A stretch of DNA of 64,000 nt, taken from positions 34,185-98,184 of the IMG/VR virus record IMGVR_UViG_3300020050_009224; one strand, 5' to 3'. Source of the DNA: a virus. Taxonomy: Duplodnaviria > Caudoviricetes. Of this stretch, positions 1-10,090 are shown in pieces. The notes below the pieces were generated by a model. That model searched no databases. It was not told the DNA's origin and worked only from the letters and a program-made list of their open reading frames with translations. Position 1 is the stretch's first letter. Each line of letters begins with the position of its first letter. A program made the translations under genes and the position numbers.

Positions 1-855
1 AATTTTAGAAGTATTAAGTACACTTATGTTATTACCTACATAAGCCATTGAGTTCATATCCTCAATTTTTTGTCTATCTCCTTCTTTTAATTCATCCCAA
101 TAGTCATCGTATACCTGACCTATAGACTTATATTCTTCTACAATGATAATATCTTTTTCATGTATAAACTGAGTATTACCACCAATAGTAGTAACAGATA
201 AAGGATTAAGTCTTCTAATTTCAGGTTTACCTCCAAAATCATCTATCCAATAAACAACCTTACCTTGAACTATAAAGTTTTTAAAACCTTCAGTAAATTT
301 CAATAAAAAATCATCATTAGCATAATAATAATTTAGTAGTTGGTTAATTACTAATTCTCGAATATCTTGGTAATCATATTGCATCCAAGTTTTAATTTCT
401 TCAAGCTTGGCCTTGTAATATTCTTCAGTTATTTCTTTGGCTTCTAAAGCAGTAGTAACTACTTCAGTTAATTTATTGAATAATTGTGCTTTAAGATCTT
501 GTTCTTTAGATGAAATACCATCTTGATCTTTATTTGAAATACTTGCTCTAAATTGCCATTTTCTACCAAGGTAATCTCCCAATAGAATATTGAGTTTAGA
601 ATTACCTATGCCTATATGCCTTACTTGGACTGGATAAGCATTGGCTCCAAAATTAGAAGGGTCTACCCATTTGTCTAATGATCTTACATCTAGTATACCT
701 AGGGACAAATTGTAATTCTCAATTTGATTTCTCCAAGTATTTAGGTACGAAGAATCAGACCTAGTTAGATAACAGGCTGCTTCAATATTCTGTTTATACC
801 ACTCTTTAGTCTTCTTAATTTGTGGTAGTTTTTGCTCTGGTAGAGTCTTCGTCAT
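1..855 (-). CDS. Portal protein (crAss-like), 3'-truncated by window edge
   Basis: Not in the ORF track. Minus-strand frame from ATG at 855 (MTKTLPEQKLPQIKKTKEWYKQNIEAACY...) overlaps the terminase stop and runs toward the window start. N-terminus and position directly after terL match crAss-like portals. Confidence 0.8.
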   Translation of the reverse strand, partial: MTKTLPEQKLPQIKKTKEWYKQNIEAACYLTRSDSSYLNTWRNQIENYNLSLGILDVRSLDKWVDPSNFGANAYPVQVRHIGIGNSKLNILLGDYLGRKWQFRASISNKDQDGISSKEQDLKAQLFNKLTEVVTTALEAKEITEEYYKAKLEEIKTWMQYDYQDIRELVINQLLNYYYANDDFLLKFTEGFKNFIVQGKVVYWIDDFGGKPEIRRLNPLSVTTIGGNTQFIHEKDIIIVEEYKSIGQVYDDYWDELKEGDRQKIEDMNSMAYVGNNISVLNTSKI

Positions 856-3088
856 CTTTTATATTATACAAATTTACAAAACCTAATTCCTTTTTACGCA
901 TCTGAAAGTAGAGACTTGCATTATCTTTTAGTTTTTGGACATCATTATTTTTATTAGCCTTCATTGTAGTATCTTCATACAAAGCTAGCATTATCCAAGC
1001 TGAAAGACTGTCATAGTTACCATCTTCATTCCATTTAATCATTTCTTCTAAAACTTCTGGATCTTTAATAGTCTGATACATTAAAGCCTCTGTATTAGGG
1101 CCTTGTGGTCTTAAAAGCCATGAAGCTATGGAATTTAATCCATCTTCATTAATACCACCTTTTGAGGAACCAGTATTTCTAATTCCATAATTTCCTTGAG
1201 GAGCTCCATTTATATCTTCTTTAGATTTTAGAAGGACTGGAGTTTCAGCTAAATATTGTAAAGACCTTTCAGATTCCATATGTAAGAAAAATCCAACTAA
1301 GTTATTTTCATACATTCCTTTAGCATTATAAAATACTAAAAGTCTTCTAGCTTGTTCCCAGAAATATTTAGTGTCTCCTGTTCTTCCCATAAACTTAGCT
1401 ACCATTCTTTGAGTCCAGGTATCTTTAATCCAGATACAAGGAAAAGATCTGCCTTTAACTTGGTCTACAGGGTCAATTCCTCCTATATATCTTCCTCTAG
1501 GTATTTCCCCCTCTACATCTACTGGAGCTTCCCACATTTGTACACAACCTATTTTTTCAGTGTCAGATCCATCAAAAGGAAATTCTGTAATAGGTTTATG
1601 TGCTACCGTATCTTCAAATATAAGTTTATCTCCATACCATTTTATATAACCATGTCTAGTTTTCAAATACTCATCATGTATTTTATATCCTTCATCTGGG
1701 CCTCCATGTAATAGAGCAGCATGATGTTGTTTTAATAAAGCAGCGGGGAACTTATTATTATCTTCAAGTAAGAAGCATTCACTAGGGACTAAAGGATTAG
1801 CAATCATATAAGCTTGTAATTGCTTATTATCTCCTTTTCTTTTTTCCCTTTCTTTCATTTCATTATCCAAAGCATACTCTCTTTTAGTATTAAGATTTTC
1901 ATCTTTATATCTCATAGAAGTATCTGTGATAGGGAGAAAATATCCTATTTTACCTTTACCTTCATATTTATCTTCAAACACTAAACAATTATAAGCTTCT
2001 GGTTTTCCAAATAAAGCTTCTCCATATTTTGCATTTTTTCCTTTACCTAACTGTCCTCCAGTTCCTGCGTAGAGTGTAACATTATTCTTTCTAATTTTAG
2101 AAGCAGAAGATCCTTCTAATGTACCATGAATTTCAGATAGATATTTTACTAATCCAAACTCATCTATAAAAGAAAAGTTAGGTCTTAAAGAGTTGGCTGA
2201 AAGAGGAGTATCTCCAAATACCCTACTGAATAAAGAAGTACCCCAATCCGTATAAACTCCTTGAGCTGAACCTAATTTCCAATCACTACCTACTGCTATG
2301 GATTTTGAAATAGGAGAAGGATGGTATTTAGCACTATCTCCTGTACCTTCTACATAACTTCCTTTATAATGTTTAAAAGCTTTTTTTATGTATGTTAAAA
2401 CAATATTTACATACTTAGTTTCTTCTGAACCTAGCAAAGTTGTAGATTTAGGAAATTCTCCTAATTTACATTTCTCAAGGTAGTAATCATAATCTGTTAC
2501 CCCATCTGTAATAAAGTTATGTGCTCCTAATACAGAGCCAATTACACTTTTACCAAATCCCCTACCGCCTAATATTACATAGTTTTTAGCATCATTAAGA
2601 TAAATAGCTTTTCCTGGATCTGATAAATTTTGCCTAATTACTTCATAAGCTGGTTTATAAAGTTTCCTTGTTCCTTCTTTTGTGAATAGATTATCATATA
2701 TTTTTTGAACATATTTACCTCCTACTGTACATCTACTGACTAAATCTTCATCTGTTAATTTTTCCAGTAGTAATTTGTTACAGGAATACTCTAAATTTGA
2801 AAAGCCAGAAAATCCCCTAGCTTCTTCAAAGTTATAATAAATATCCCAATCTATATCTCTAATAGAAGGTAACCCTAAAGACTGATTACCTTCTACATCT
2901 TCTAGATCTATATTATGAAAATTAGTTCCATACCACAGAGGGCCTGGGCACCATTTTCCTGCTTGTCTATCTCCTTCAATAATCTTTCTTCTAACTTTAC
3001 TCCAAAAGTCTATCCTTTCTACTTTTTGGAAAGTAGGGCTATAATTTGGAACTTCACCTAGTTTAAAAAGACTATTGTTTATTAACAT
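815..3088 (-). CDS. terL: Terminase large subunit
   Basis: 757 aa; Walker A GGRGFGKS, Walker B FIDEFG, RNase H-like nuclease motif GGIDPV and C-terminal D..D (NYDSLSA). Confidence 0.92.
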   Translation of the reverse strand: MLINNSLFKLGEVPNYSPTFQKVERIDFWSKVRRKIIEGDRQAGKWCPGPLWYGTNFHNIDLEDVEGNQSLGLPSIRDIDWDIYYNFEEARGFSGFSNLEYSCNKLLLEKLTDEDLVSRCTVGGKYVQKIYDNLFTKEGTRKLYKPAYEVIRQNLSDPGKAIYLNDAKNYVILGGRGFGKSVIGSVLGAHNFITDGVTDYDYYLEKCKLGEFPKSTTLLGSEETKYVNIVLTYIKKAFKHYKGSYVEGTGDSAKYHPSPISKSIAVGSDWKLGSAQGVYTDWGTSLFSRVFGDTPLSANSLRPNFSFIDEFGLVKYLSEIHGTLEGSSASKIRKNNVTLYAGTGGQLGKGKNAKYGEALFGKPEAYNCLVFEDKYEGKGKIGYFLPITDTSMRYKDENLNTKREYALDNEMKEREKRKGDNKQLQAYMIANPLVPSECFLLEDNNKFPAALLKQHHAALLHGGPDEGYKIHDEYLKTRHGYIKWYGDKLIFEDTVAHKPITEFPFDGSDTEKIGCVQMWEAPVDVEGEIPRGRYIGGIDPVDQVKGRSFPCIWIKDTWTQRMVAKFMGRTGDTKYFWEQARRLLVFYNAKGMYENNLVGFFLHMESERSLQYLAETPVLLKSKEDINGAPQGNYGIRNTGSSKGGINEDGLNSIASWLLRPQGPNTEALMYQTIKDPEVLEEMIKWNEDGNYDSLSAWIMLALYEDTTMKANKNNDVQKLKDNASLYFQMRKKELGFVNLYNIKDDEDSTRAKTTTN

Positions 3089-3567
3089 TATACTGTAGTT
3101 AAAATAATTGGGTGTCTAATCCATTCTTTAAATTTCTGCAAAGCTTCATAAGGATCTTTAGCAAAAATACTTTTATCTCCATTTTCTGGATGGGAGTAAA
3201 TGTACTCCATATTTTCAGATTCACCTACTTCTTTAGAACTAGTCAGTTTATACCCTTTTGTAATTAGATCTACTTTTACAATTGATTTAGATTCAACGTC
3301 ATGGAAGTAAATTCCAAACATTGGTTTAAATCTTTTATCAAAATCTTCAGCTGAATAACTTATTTCCTTGTGCTCTTTCAAATCTAAAGTTTCAAGAATC
3401 TTACTTAATGTGAATGTAAAGAGATCTTCTTGGCCTTGTAATTCTTTCATCATCATGTTCATACTAGATCCTATCTGATGAAAAATAGAATCATTTTCTT
3501 TTTTATTTTTTTCAAAAGCTGCACCTAGTCCATTTAGGCTCCAGCTTGCTTGGTTATTGTTACTCAT
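3088..3567 (-). CDS. Hypothetical protein
   Basis: 159 aa ORF coupled to terL. Confidence 0.7.
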   Translation of the reverse strand: MSNNNQASWSLNGLGAAFEKNKKENDSIFHQIGSSMNMMMKELQGQEDLFTFTLSKILETLDLKEHKEISYSAEDFDKRFKPMFGIYFHDVESKSIVKVDLITKGYKLTSSKEVGESENMEYIYSHPENGDKSIFAKDPYEALQKFKEWIRHPIILTTV

Positions 3568-3581
3568 TTTTATTTGTTGGT

Positions 3582-4097
3582 TTATATTTGGCCTCCATCA
3601 GCCAATGATTTATTTTTATCTTCTGTTTTTCCTTTGTCTTCAGCTTCTAACTGTTCTTTAATTCTAGCTAACTCTACATATAATTTAGGAGTTTTAGCAG
3701 CCATATCTTCAGCTAAATCTATTCTTTTTATATCTTCTTCTTTTAGATAATCTATACTCCTTACAAAATCTTCTCTTTTATACATATGTTCACACCAAAA
3801 TAAATAGGATTTTTCTGGGACTGTTAAAACTGTTTCTTTGAACTGATTAATAGTGTCTTTGTATTTGTCCCAGTTAAGCTTTTCATCTTTCATAATACTT
3901 TTCTTAACTTCTTCCCATTTATTCCTAACAGAGAAAATAGGAGATTTAGGATGTGTACAAAAGCTAATAGCCCACATAAGATTACTAGAATCTACTTTAG
4001 ATTTAGATTTATCTTTTTCATAAAGGTTTCTAAAATATTCAAGTATAAGCATGTGCTTATTTAAACCCCAATAATTTTCAGTATGGTCAAAATTCAT
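3582..4097 (-). CDS. Conserved phage protein upstream of terL (possible small terminase subunit)
   Basis: 171 aa helical protein; function inferred from position only. Confidence 0.5.
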   Translation of the reverse strand: MNFDHTENYWGLNKHMLILEYFRNLYEKDKSKSKVDSSNLMWAISFCTHPKSPIFSVRNKWEEVKKSIMKDEKLNWDKYKDTINQFKETVLTVPEKSYLFWCEHMYKREDFVRSIDYLKEEDIKRIDLAEDMAAKTPKLYVELARIKEQLEAEDKGKTEDKNKSLADGGQI

Positions 4098-4099
4098 AA

Positions 4100-4402
4100 T
4101 TAGTTAGCGTCTTTTGTAATATCTGGAGTTATAGCAATAGTTTGAAATCCCACAGGTTTATCTTCTTCCATATCTACTCCTATTAATTCTTCTTCTGTGA
4201 ACCAATCTGTTTTATCTATAAAGCTTACTAAGTAAGTTATCATATCTTTTTTAAAACTATAACTCATATCAAGTACAATACCATTATTACCTTCAATGTT
4301 GTTTAATGTGTTTACAGTAGAAGCTACTATATCTAGTGGTTCAAACTCAGTATTAAAGGTCTTCCATTTCTTCTCCCCGTCCTTCTTCATTTTTACTATC
4401 AT
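4100..4402 (-). CDS. Hypothetical protein
   Basis: 100 aa ORF in the minus-strand operon. Confidence 0.65.
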   Translation of the reverse strand: MIVKMKKDGEKKWKTFNTEFEPLDIVASTVNTLNNIEGNNGIVLDMSYSFKKDMITYLVSFIDKTDWFTEEELIGVDMEEDKPVGFQTIAITPDITKDAN

Positions 4403-4652
4403 AATCAGGATTGTATTTTTCTTTTAATCTTTTTTGCATTAAAGGCATAAATTTTCCAAAATGTGGAAAGTATATTACTTGCCATTTTTCTTCTATTGCA
4501 CTAGATATAAATTTTCCAAAGCTAGATTGAAAGTTAAGCACGTCTACTATTTTCAAACCATATTTTTCAGCTAATTTTCTAGTAAGCTCAACTTGAGATT
4601 TTGAAAATTTATTTCCCTGGTTGTATGATTTGAAATCTGAACTGTAATCCAT
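4353..4652 (-). CDS. HU/IHF-like DNA-binding protein (divergent)
   Basis: LAEKYGL helix and IYFPHFGKF resemble the HU/IHF I.GFGxF motif. Confidence 0.45.
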   Translation of the reverse strand: MDYSSDFKSYNQGNKFSKSQVELTRKLAEKYGLKIVDVLNFQSSFGKFISSAIEEKWQVIYFPHFGKFMPLMQKRLKEKYNPDYDSKNEEGRGEEMEDL

Positions 4653-5025
4653 TTCTGTTTATTTTATCTAATATAGGATTTAATATTCCATTATTGTACA
4701 AAGGCAGTCTATTAAACCATAAAACTTTCTGAGCCACTCTAGTTAGTACATTATTAAAGTTTGCATAATCAAGTTCTAACGTCTCTCTAATAGTCTTTTT
4801 AGAGTCTGATGAATGGATTAGCTTAGCTCTATAAGCCAATTCTACACTGCTGTACTTTTCATTCAACTTCATAATCTCTGCTAAAACATCTAGTTCTCTA
4901 GGAGTTAGGTGATTAGACATATACTTATTTTTATCGTCCAATAATCCTATGTAAGAGTTTAAGCTGAGTAAGTAGGCGTAATGTAAAGTTTCTTCTGTTG
5001 TTGGTATTTGAAATATTGCATCCAT
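4609..5025 (-). CDS. Hypothetical protein, possible winged-helix
   Basis: LTPRELDVLAEI...NFNNVLTRV pattern. Confidence 0.55.
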   Translation of the reverse strand: MDAIFQIPTTEETLHYAYLLSLNSYIGLLDDKNKYMSNHLTPRELDVLAEIMKLNEKYSSVELAYRAKLIHSSDSKKTIRETLELDYANFNNVLTRVAQKVLWFNRLPLYNNGILNPILDKINRNGLQFRFQIIQPGK

Positions 5026-5212
5026 TTATTTTATGGCAAATGAGAATCCTTTTTCACCCTCATATTCCATATCTGTTATATTTACTTCTGTATGTTTTAA
5101 AGTACTTACTTCTTTATGAAGTCTCCAGTATTTTGTCAATGATTCCATATCTGGAAACCAAAGTTTAAGTAAGTACTCTCCTTTTGGTACTATTTTCATA
5201 TTTTAATTTTAG

Positions 5213-5286
<74 letters not shown>

Positions 5287-5376
5287 ATTAAGGGAGTTTT
5301 TAATTCCCTATAATTTATTTATTTAAGCTTCTCATTCAACATCTAATATCTTACTTGGGGTTGTAGGAAGCTGGAA

Positions 5377-5384
5377 CAAATATA
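5377..5384 (-). promoter_or_regulatory. Bacteroidota-type -7 promoter element (TATATTTG)
   Basis: TAnnTTTG on the minus strand about 90 nt upstream of the tRNA. Confidence 0.5.
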
Positions 5385-5404
5385 AGTCAAAAATTCTAAT
5401 TATT

Positions 5405-5644
5405 CTAATCTTTCCAAGTTAGTGCTTTAACCATCCACATTTGAGCTCCTTGAAGTTCTGTAATAGCAATTGAGGCTAGCCTTTTTGCTTCTTGTGTAGT
5501 TTCAAGATTATTTCTAAAATCATTCATTTGATTAATAGCTTCTGCTAGTTTGGTTTTAGCTTGAGCTACTGTATCTAGATTACTTGGGTTAAAAGTAATT
5601 CCTACTGCTTTTTCTCCGTATGTTGTTTCCATTTTATGCTTCAT
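5405..5644 (-). CDS. Acb2/Tad1-like helical hairpin protein (possible immune-signal sponge)
   Basis: FNPS...AKRLASIAITELQGAQMWMVKA resembles the C-terminal helix pattern of Acb2/Tad1-type proteins. Confidence 0.5.
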   Translation of the reverse strand: MKHKMETTYGEKAVGITFNPSNLDTVAQAKTKLAEAINQMNDFRNNLETTQEAKRLASIAITELQGAQMWMVKALTWKD

Positions 5645-5906
5645 TTGTATTTGAATTTTCTTCTGTTGCTCTAATTAGATTTGGATGTTTAATATTAGTG
5701 GCTTCTTCTAATTCTATGAAAGTCATTCTCATTTTAAGTATCTTATAATAAGTCATCATAGTGGGTAATTGGATATTAAGCAAGTCTAATTGTATTGGAT
5801 CTAGCTTAGAGCTGGCTTCTTTGTTTTTTAGAAAAGTATCTAACCCATTAATTTTATCTGCTAGTTGATCTTGTTCTAATACTAATCTTTCTTTAAATGT
5901 ACTCAT
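5634..5906 (-). CDS. crAss001_48-like coiled protein
   Basis: FKERL..E..QL..KI..L..FL ... LL..QL..M..Y..IL..R pattern. Confidence 0.6.
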   Translation of the reverse strand: MSTFKERLVLEQDQLADKINGLDTFLKNKEASSKLDPIQLDLLNIQLPTMMTYYKILKMRMTFIELEEATNIKHPNLIRATEENSNTNEA

Positions 5907-5963
5907 TCTTCTGTTTTGTTTTTATGTTTAATTTTCTTTCTTTTATCTTCAAATCTTTGGTTT

Positions 5964-6257
5964 TTATAGCGGTGAGTCCAAAGAGTTCTGATTTTCTTTA
6001 TTTTCTTTAGTTTCTTCTTTTTCATTTTCTATTAATGGATATACTTGTTTAGTAGTACCCATTTTCTCTTCTAGTACTTTTTTAAACCATTCTACAAAAT
6101 TAGTAGAGTTTGTTCTAATATGTACATGATTAGGAACTTCTTCTGGAGGTATTGTTTTACTATATATTATATCTCCTATAGCTCCCTCTACTGCAAATTG
6201 TAGCATAAGAGGATTATTTATTTTTTCTTGTTTTAAACTTTCGTTGGTTATATTCAT
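5964..6257 (-). CDS. Hypothetical protein
   Basis: 97 aa ORF, coupled to the upstream gene. Confidence 0.6.
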   Translation of the reverse strand: MNITNESLKQEKINNPLMLQFAVEGAIGDIIYSKTIPPEEVPNHVHIRTNSTNFVEWFKKVLEEKMGTTKQVYPLIENEKEETKENKENQNSLDSPL

Positions 6258-6526
6258 TGTTCTTTAAATTTTAGTTTTATATTAAAAGTATAAGTTCCAC
6301 CATTAGTCATTTCATAAACTATCGTGTCTCCTTCTTCTGTTAAACTTTTAGTAGTATCCATAATAGAAGGAATTATTTTTCTAAAAATGCTACTTAAATC
6401 CATTCTATTTTGTAAGGCTTCTTCTTTTAATTCTCTAATAATGGTTTCTTCTATAATCATTCTAAGATCAGAATTTTTATCTAATACTTTAATAAATTCT
6501 AAAGCTTTATCTAATGGTATTATCAT
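6254..6526 (-). CDS. Hypothetical protein
   Basis: 90 aa ORF. Confidence 0.6.
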   Translation of the reverse strand: MIIPLDKALEFIKVLDKNSDLRMIIEETIIRELKEEALQNRMDLSSIFRKIIPSIMDTTKSLTEEGDTIVYEMTNGGTYTFNIKLKFKEQ

Positions 6527-6686
6527 TATTTCAAACTTTTAAGATAAGCTTTTTTCATTTCTTTATAAACTACTGATGCTCTGAATTTATCAACTGTTGA
6601 AGGTTGTAATTTAGTTTTAACTACTACGTCAAAAGCATCTCTCTTAAAGTAACTTGGTGTACTTGTGTAAAAATTAATAAGTGTTT

Positions 6687-6950
6687 TCATTTGTTTTCTT
6701 CTATATAAGTTTTTAATTGGTTTATCATGTCAGTTAGTGCATAATATATATCTATATCATTTTCTACTGTTTTATCTTTGATTAAAATATCTCCATTAGG
6801 TTTTACTTCTAAAATTACCTTACCCTCTTTTTTTATCAGTACAGGTGTTTCTTCTAGTATGTTAAAATACATAGAGTAAAACTGCTTAGAGTCTTCTTCT
6901 AGATTATCCTTCTTTTTCTTCATCTTCTTGCAATTTACACCAAGCTTCAT
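6687..6950 (-). CDS. Hypothetical protein
   Basis: 87 aa ORF. Confidence 0.55.
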   Translation of the reverse strand: MKLGVNCKKMKKKKDNLEEDSKQFYSMYFNILEETPVLIKKEGKVILEVKPNGDILIKDKTVENDIDIYYALTDMINQLKTYIEENK

Positions 6951-7027
6951 ATCCTATTTGTGAAATAAGCTTGAGTTGTTTATCAAATTCTCTCATACAT
7001 TCTTCTCCACATTTTAATATTATTTTT

Positions 7028-8221
7028 CTATTTTCCATATGATTTCCCAGCATAGCTGAATTTATTATTTATACAAGTAATCTGTTCAACTTGAAAGTTT
7101 CCAATCTCATCTATATTAACTAGAGCAAATCCATTTTGCCAGTTCATTTTTTCATATCTAGAAGCATAAGCAAATCCAGGAGAGTTAATATCACAAAGAC
7201 ATCCAATGTTAAAACTAGCTTGATCTCCTTCAAAATAAGAGCTAATTCTATGGCTATGTCCAAACATTGAAGAACATTTCATTCTAGTTAAGTGTTGCCT
7301 GCAAGGATTTACTCCTAAATAGAAGCCATGAATAATTTGAAGTTTGCCAAGTTGAACATAGTCTTCTTTCCAGTCTTCAAACACATTATAGCCTCTTTCT
7401 TCAAGTCTAAGCCCTTTGGTCGGGTTAGGTGTCACATCTGCAAAAACAGAGTTGTTAATGTCTTTGAAATGAGAAAAATATCGAGCTTCGTGGTTGCCGT
7501 ATAAAAAATTCTTTTTACAGTTCCCTTGTAGGGTGTCATCAAATAAATCTAACCATTGGTTACCTTGCTCATATTCAACGCCTAAGCTATATCCTTCCAT
7601 TGGAACTTGATTCATTTCATGTTTAGATAAAGCTAACATATCTAGAAAATCTCCAAGAATTGTAAAACTTTTAATTTTACTGGAGTAATCTTCCATGAAG
7701 ATTAGAATGTTAGTAAGAAGTTCAATATTTTCAAATGGTACGTGAACATCAGGTAAAACTAGGTGTAATCCTTGATCAAAAGATTTATAAGCGTCTTTTT
7801 GTTCTGATCCAATTTTATATCCTTTGACAAAACTTTCTACACTATTTTCAGGAATTTCTTTAACATCAATAGCCAATACTGGTTTATTGAATTGATTTGG
7901 ATAAAGTATTTGGTATGTAAAAGACTGACAGTCAGTATTTGTAGTTAAAGTAGTTTTAGGCTGTGGTTCAAGAGGTAATACTTGATGAAAGTTAGTAGAA
8001 TTGTATCCAAAAAAAGGCAAAGGCTTTAATTCTGCTTGATGTTTTGCTGCTTCTTTTAAAAAAGCTATTCCATCTTCTTTTAAATAGGCTGGATAATATT
8101 CTTCAACAGTCCTGCCAGATTTTCCTAAAAGTTTGCCAATTCTTTCGTAATATTGCTTTCTAGGTTCTTTTACCCGTATAGGGTTTGAGCTAAAAAAATT
8201 AAAGTAATCTTGTTTATTCAT
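7028..8221 (-). CDS. Calcineurin-like metallophosphoesterase with N-terminal HTH-like extension
   Basis: Motifs PDVH, GDFLD, GNHE, HG, GHSH. Confidence 0.85.
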   Translation of the reverse strand: MNKQDYFNFFSSNPIRVKEPRKQYYERIGKLLGKSGRTVEEYYPAYLKEDGIAFLKEAAKHQAELKPLPFFGYNSTNFHQVLPLEPQPKTTLTTNTDCQSFTYQILYPNQFNKPVLAIDVKEIPENSVESFVKGYKIGSEQKDAYKSFDQGLHLVLPDVHVPFENIELLTNILIFMEDYSSKIKSFTILGDFLDMLALSKHEMNQVPMEGYSLGVEYEQGNQWLDLFDDTLQGNCKKNFLYGNHEARYFSHFKDINNSVFADVTPNPTKGLRLEERGYNVFEDWKEDYVQLGKLQIIHGFYLGVNPCRQHLTRMKCSSMFGHSHRISSYFEGDQASFNIGCLCDINSPGFAYASRYEKMNWQNGFALVNIDEIGNFQVEQITCINNKFSYAGKSYGK

Positions 8222-8225
8222 GGGT

Positions 8226-8233
8226 CAAATATA
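8226..8233 (-). promoter_or_regulatory. Bacteroidota-type -7 promoter element
   Basis: TATATTTG 4 nt upstream of the ATG at 8221. Confidence 0.5.
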
Positions 8234-8251
8234 TGGCAAAAAACTAAGAGT

Positions 8252-8632
8252 ATGGGAGAATTAACAATTTATCAAGAAAAATTAACAGATTTTGTATATA
8301 TCCTGTTTGGGTTTAACACTCCTGTAGAACAGTACGTTGGTATGGTTGAATTTCCTAATACAGATAGAGGCTGGAAATATCATTCACTTTTTGTAGATTT
8401 TTGCTTTGATTACAACATAGGTATTAAAAAAGGAGATTACGAGAACTGGTTAGAAATCAATTCTATACGAACTAAAAATTATGAACTCTTTCGAAATTAT
8501 TCTGGTTATGTAGTAAAAGATTTACAGGGGTATGAAGTTTTAATAGGCTCTTTAGAAGAAGTAGCAAGACAAATTGTAAACATAGAAAATCCTAATAGAC
8601 GTGGAAAGAAAACTAGTAAAAAAAATCCTTGA
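8252..8632 (+). CDS. Hypothetical protein
   Basis: ORF 8210..8632; ATG at 8252 is the more likely start. Confidence 0.55.
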   Translation: MGELTIYQEKLTDFVYILFGFNTPVEQYVGMVEFPNTDRGWKYHSLFVDFCFDYNIGIKKGDYENWLEINSIRTKNYELFRNYSGYVVKDLQGYEVLIGSLEEVARQIVNIENPNRRGKKTSKKNP

Positions 8633-8981
8633 TTGGTGTATAGAATTTTATGGATCTTCGGATTTTGAAAAGAGGCCTATAAAACTCAGAACCTACAAAA
8701 AAAAGGATGTAAATTTAAGAGGTCAGTATAATTCTGGTACTGCTACCATGCTTATTTTCATAGGCTCTCATGATACTATCATAGATCTTATAAGTACTGT
8801 GATACATGAGTATACACATTATTTACAACCTATTATTACAGCCTATGACGATTTGACTAAATACTTTGGTTTAAAAGAACACCCTTTAGAGAGAGATGCA
8901 AATACTATTGCTATTAGAGATAGATGGATTTGCTATAAGCATTTAAAACTAGAAGATCCTAGCCTAAAGAGTCAAGGATAA
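8601..8981 (+). CDS. Zincin-like metallopeptidase
   Basis: HEYTH (HExxH) motif with downstream E..A. Confidence 0.7.
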   Translation: MERKLVKKILDWCIEFYGSSDFEKRPIKLRTYKKKDVNLRGQYNSGTATMLIFIGSHDTIIDLISTVIHEYTHYLQPIITAYDDLTKYFGLKEHPLERDANTIAIRDRWICYKHLKLEDPSLKSQG

Positions 8982-9387
8982 GCTTAAGTCTGTTTAAACT
9001 AAGGTTAAATACTTCTTCATTTTTAAACCGAATTATATTTTTAAAGCCTAAGTCAGTTAGTACCTCAGTTCTAATCTGATCTTTAGCTAAACCTTCTTCA
9101 GTATAATGTTGAGAGCCATCTAATTCTATAACTAGATGATAATCAGGTAGATAAAAATCTACTATCCAAAACCTACCCTTGTCATAAATCACATACTGTG
9201 TCTCGTATTTAATCTCTAATCTATTTAGGTAGTAGCAAAATATATCTTCGGCCGTTGTACTAACCCAGTTTAAACTAGTTTGATACTTTTTACTAAGTGA
9301 TATTAATTTAGGATACCTGTGGTTTATATACCTTTGATACCTTAAGCACTCTTCTGTATTTGATATTTTCTCTTTGAGTTTTGGCAT
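8959..9387 (-). CDS. DUF559/Vsr-like endonuclease
   Basis: AEDIF...QY.I...IVDFY...LVIELDGSQH...D..R...L...G...RF.N; likely start ATG 9387 below TATATTTG at 9401-9408. Confidence 0.82.
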   Translation of the reverse strand: MPKLKEKISNTEECLRYQRYINHRYPKLISLSKKYQTSLNWVSTTAEDIFCYYLNRLEIKYETQYVIYDKGRFWIVDFYLPDYHLVIELDGSQHYTEEGLAKDQIRTEVLTDLGFKNIIRFKNEEVFNLSLNRLKLILDSLG

Positions 9388-9516
9388 TATAATTAAAATA
9401 CAAATATATACTATATTCCAGAACAAGTCTGGAAGAGTTTTATTTAGGAGGCGGTGCTATAAAAAAACCCCATCTGAATTACCAGACAGGGTTTATAAAG
9501 GTTTAGCTTTTTAAGG

Positions 9517-9852
9517 TTAGACAGTGCCTTCCAAATCTGCTTTAGCTGCATCCAATTTATCAGCAAGTGCTTGACGTTGTTCAGCAGTACCACCATCAGC
9601 TACAATAACTTGTAGGTCAGCGATAATCTGGTTAAGGTCAGCAATAGCTTGATCTTTTTCTGCAATCAATACATTCTTTGCTTCAATAAGTTCTGCAATC
9701 TGAGCTTGTTCCGCGTCTACAGATGCTTGCAACTCATTTACTTTTACTTCCAATTCTTCAATGCTCATAATAATTTTTTTTAAAAAGTTAATAATTTTGG
9801 TCTGGTCTTCAGAGCCAGGGGTGTGATAATGATTTATTGTAATATTAATCAT
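9517..9852 (-). CDS. Coiled-coil hypothetical protein
   Basis: 111 aa with heptad pattern; TATATTTG at 9857-9864 just upstream. Confidence 0.7.
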   Translation of the reverse strand: MINITINHYHTPGSEDQTKIINFLKKIIMSIEELEVKVNELQASVDAEQAQIAELIEAKNVLIAEKDQAIADLNQIIADLQVIVADGGTAEQRQALADKLDAAKADLEGTV

Positions 9853-10090
9853 GGCACAAATATAAGTAATAGTTAGGTACTTTTTACACTATCTGTAAAA
9901 TTTATTTTTGGGTAATATACCCCCTTCTTTTATTTAAGTACCTAAGTTTTGTAAGAGATGAACCTAACCCCTACTTTTATTAGAATTTTTATATTTTGTA
10001 AATTCTGAACCTAATCCCTATATTCAGCCACCATCTGTCAAAAATGGGGGAAACACCCCTATCACTATTTACAATACAAAATTTAAAGTT

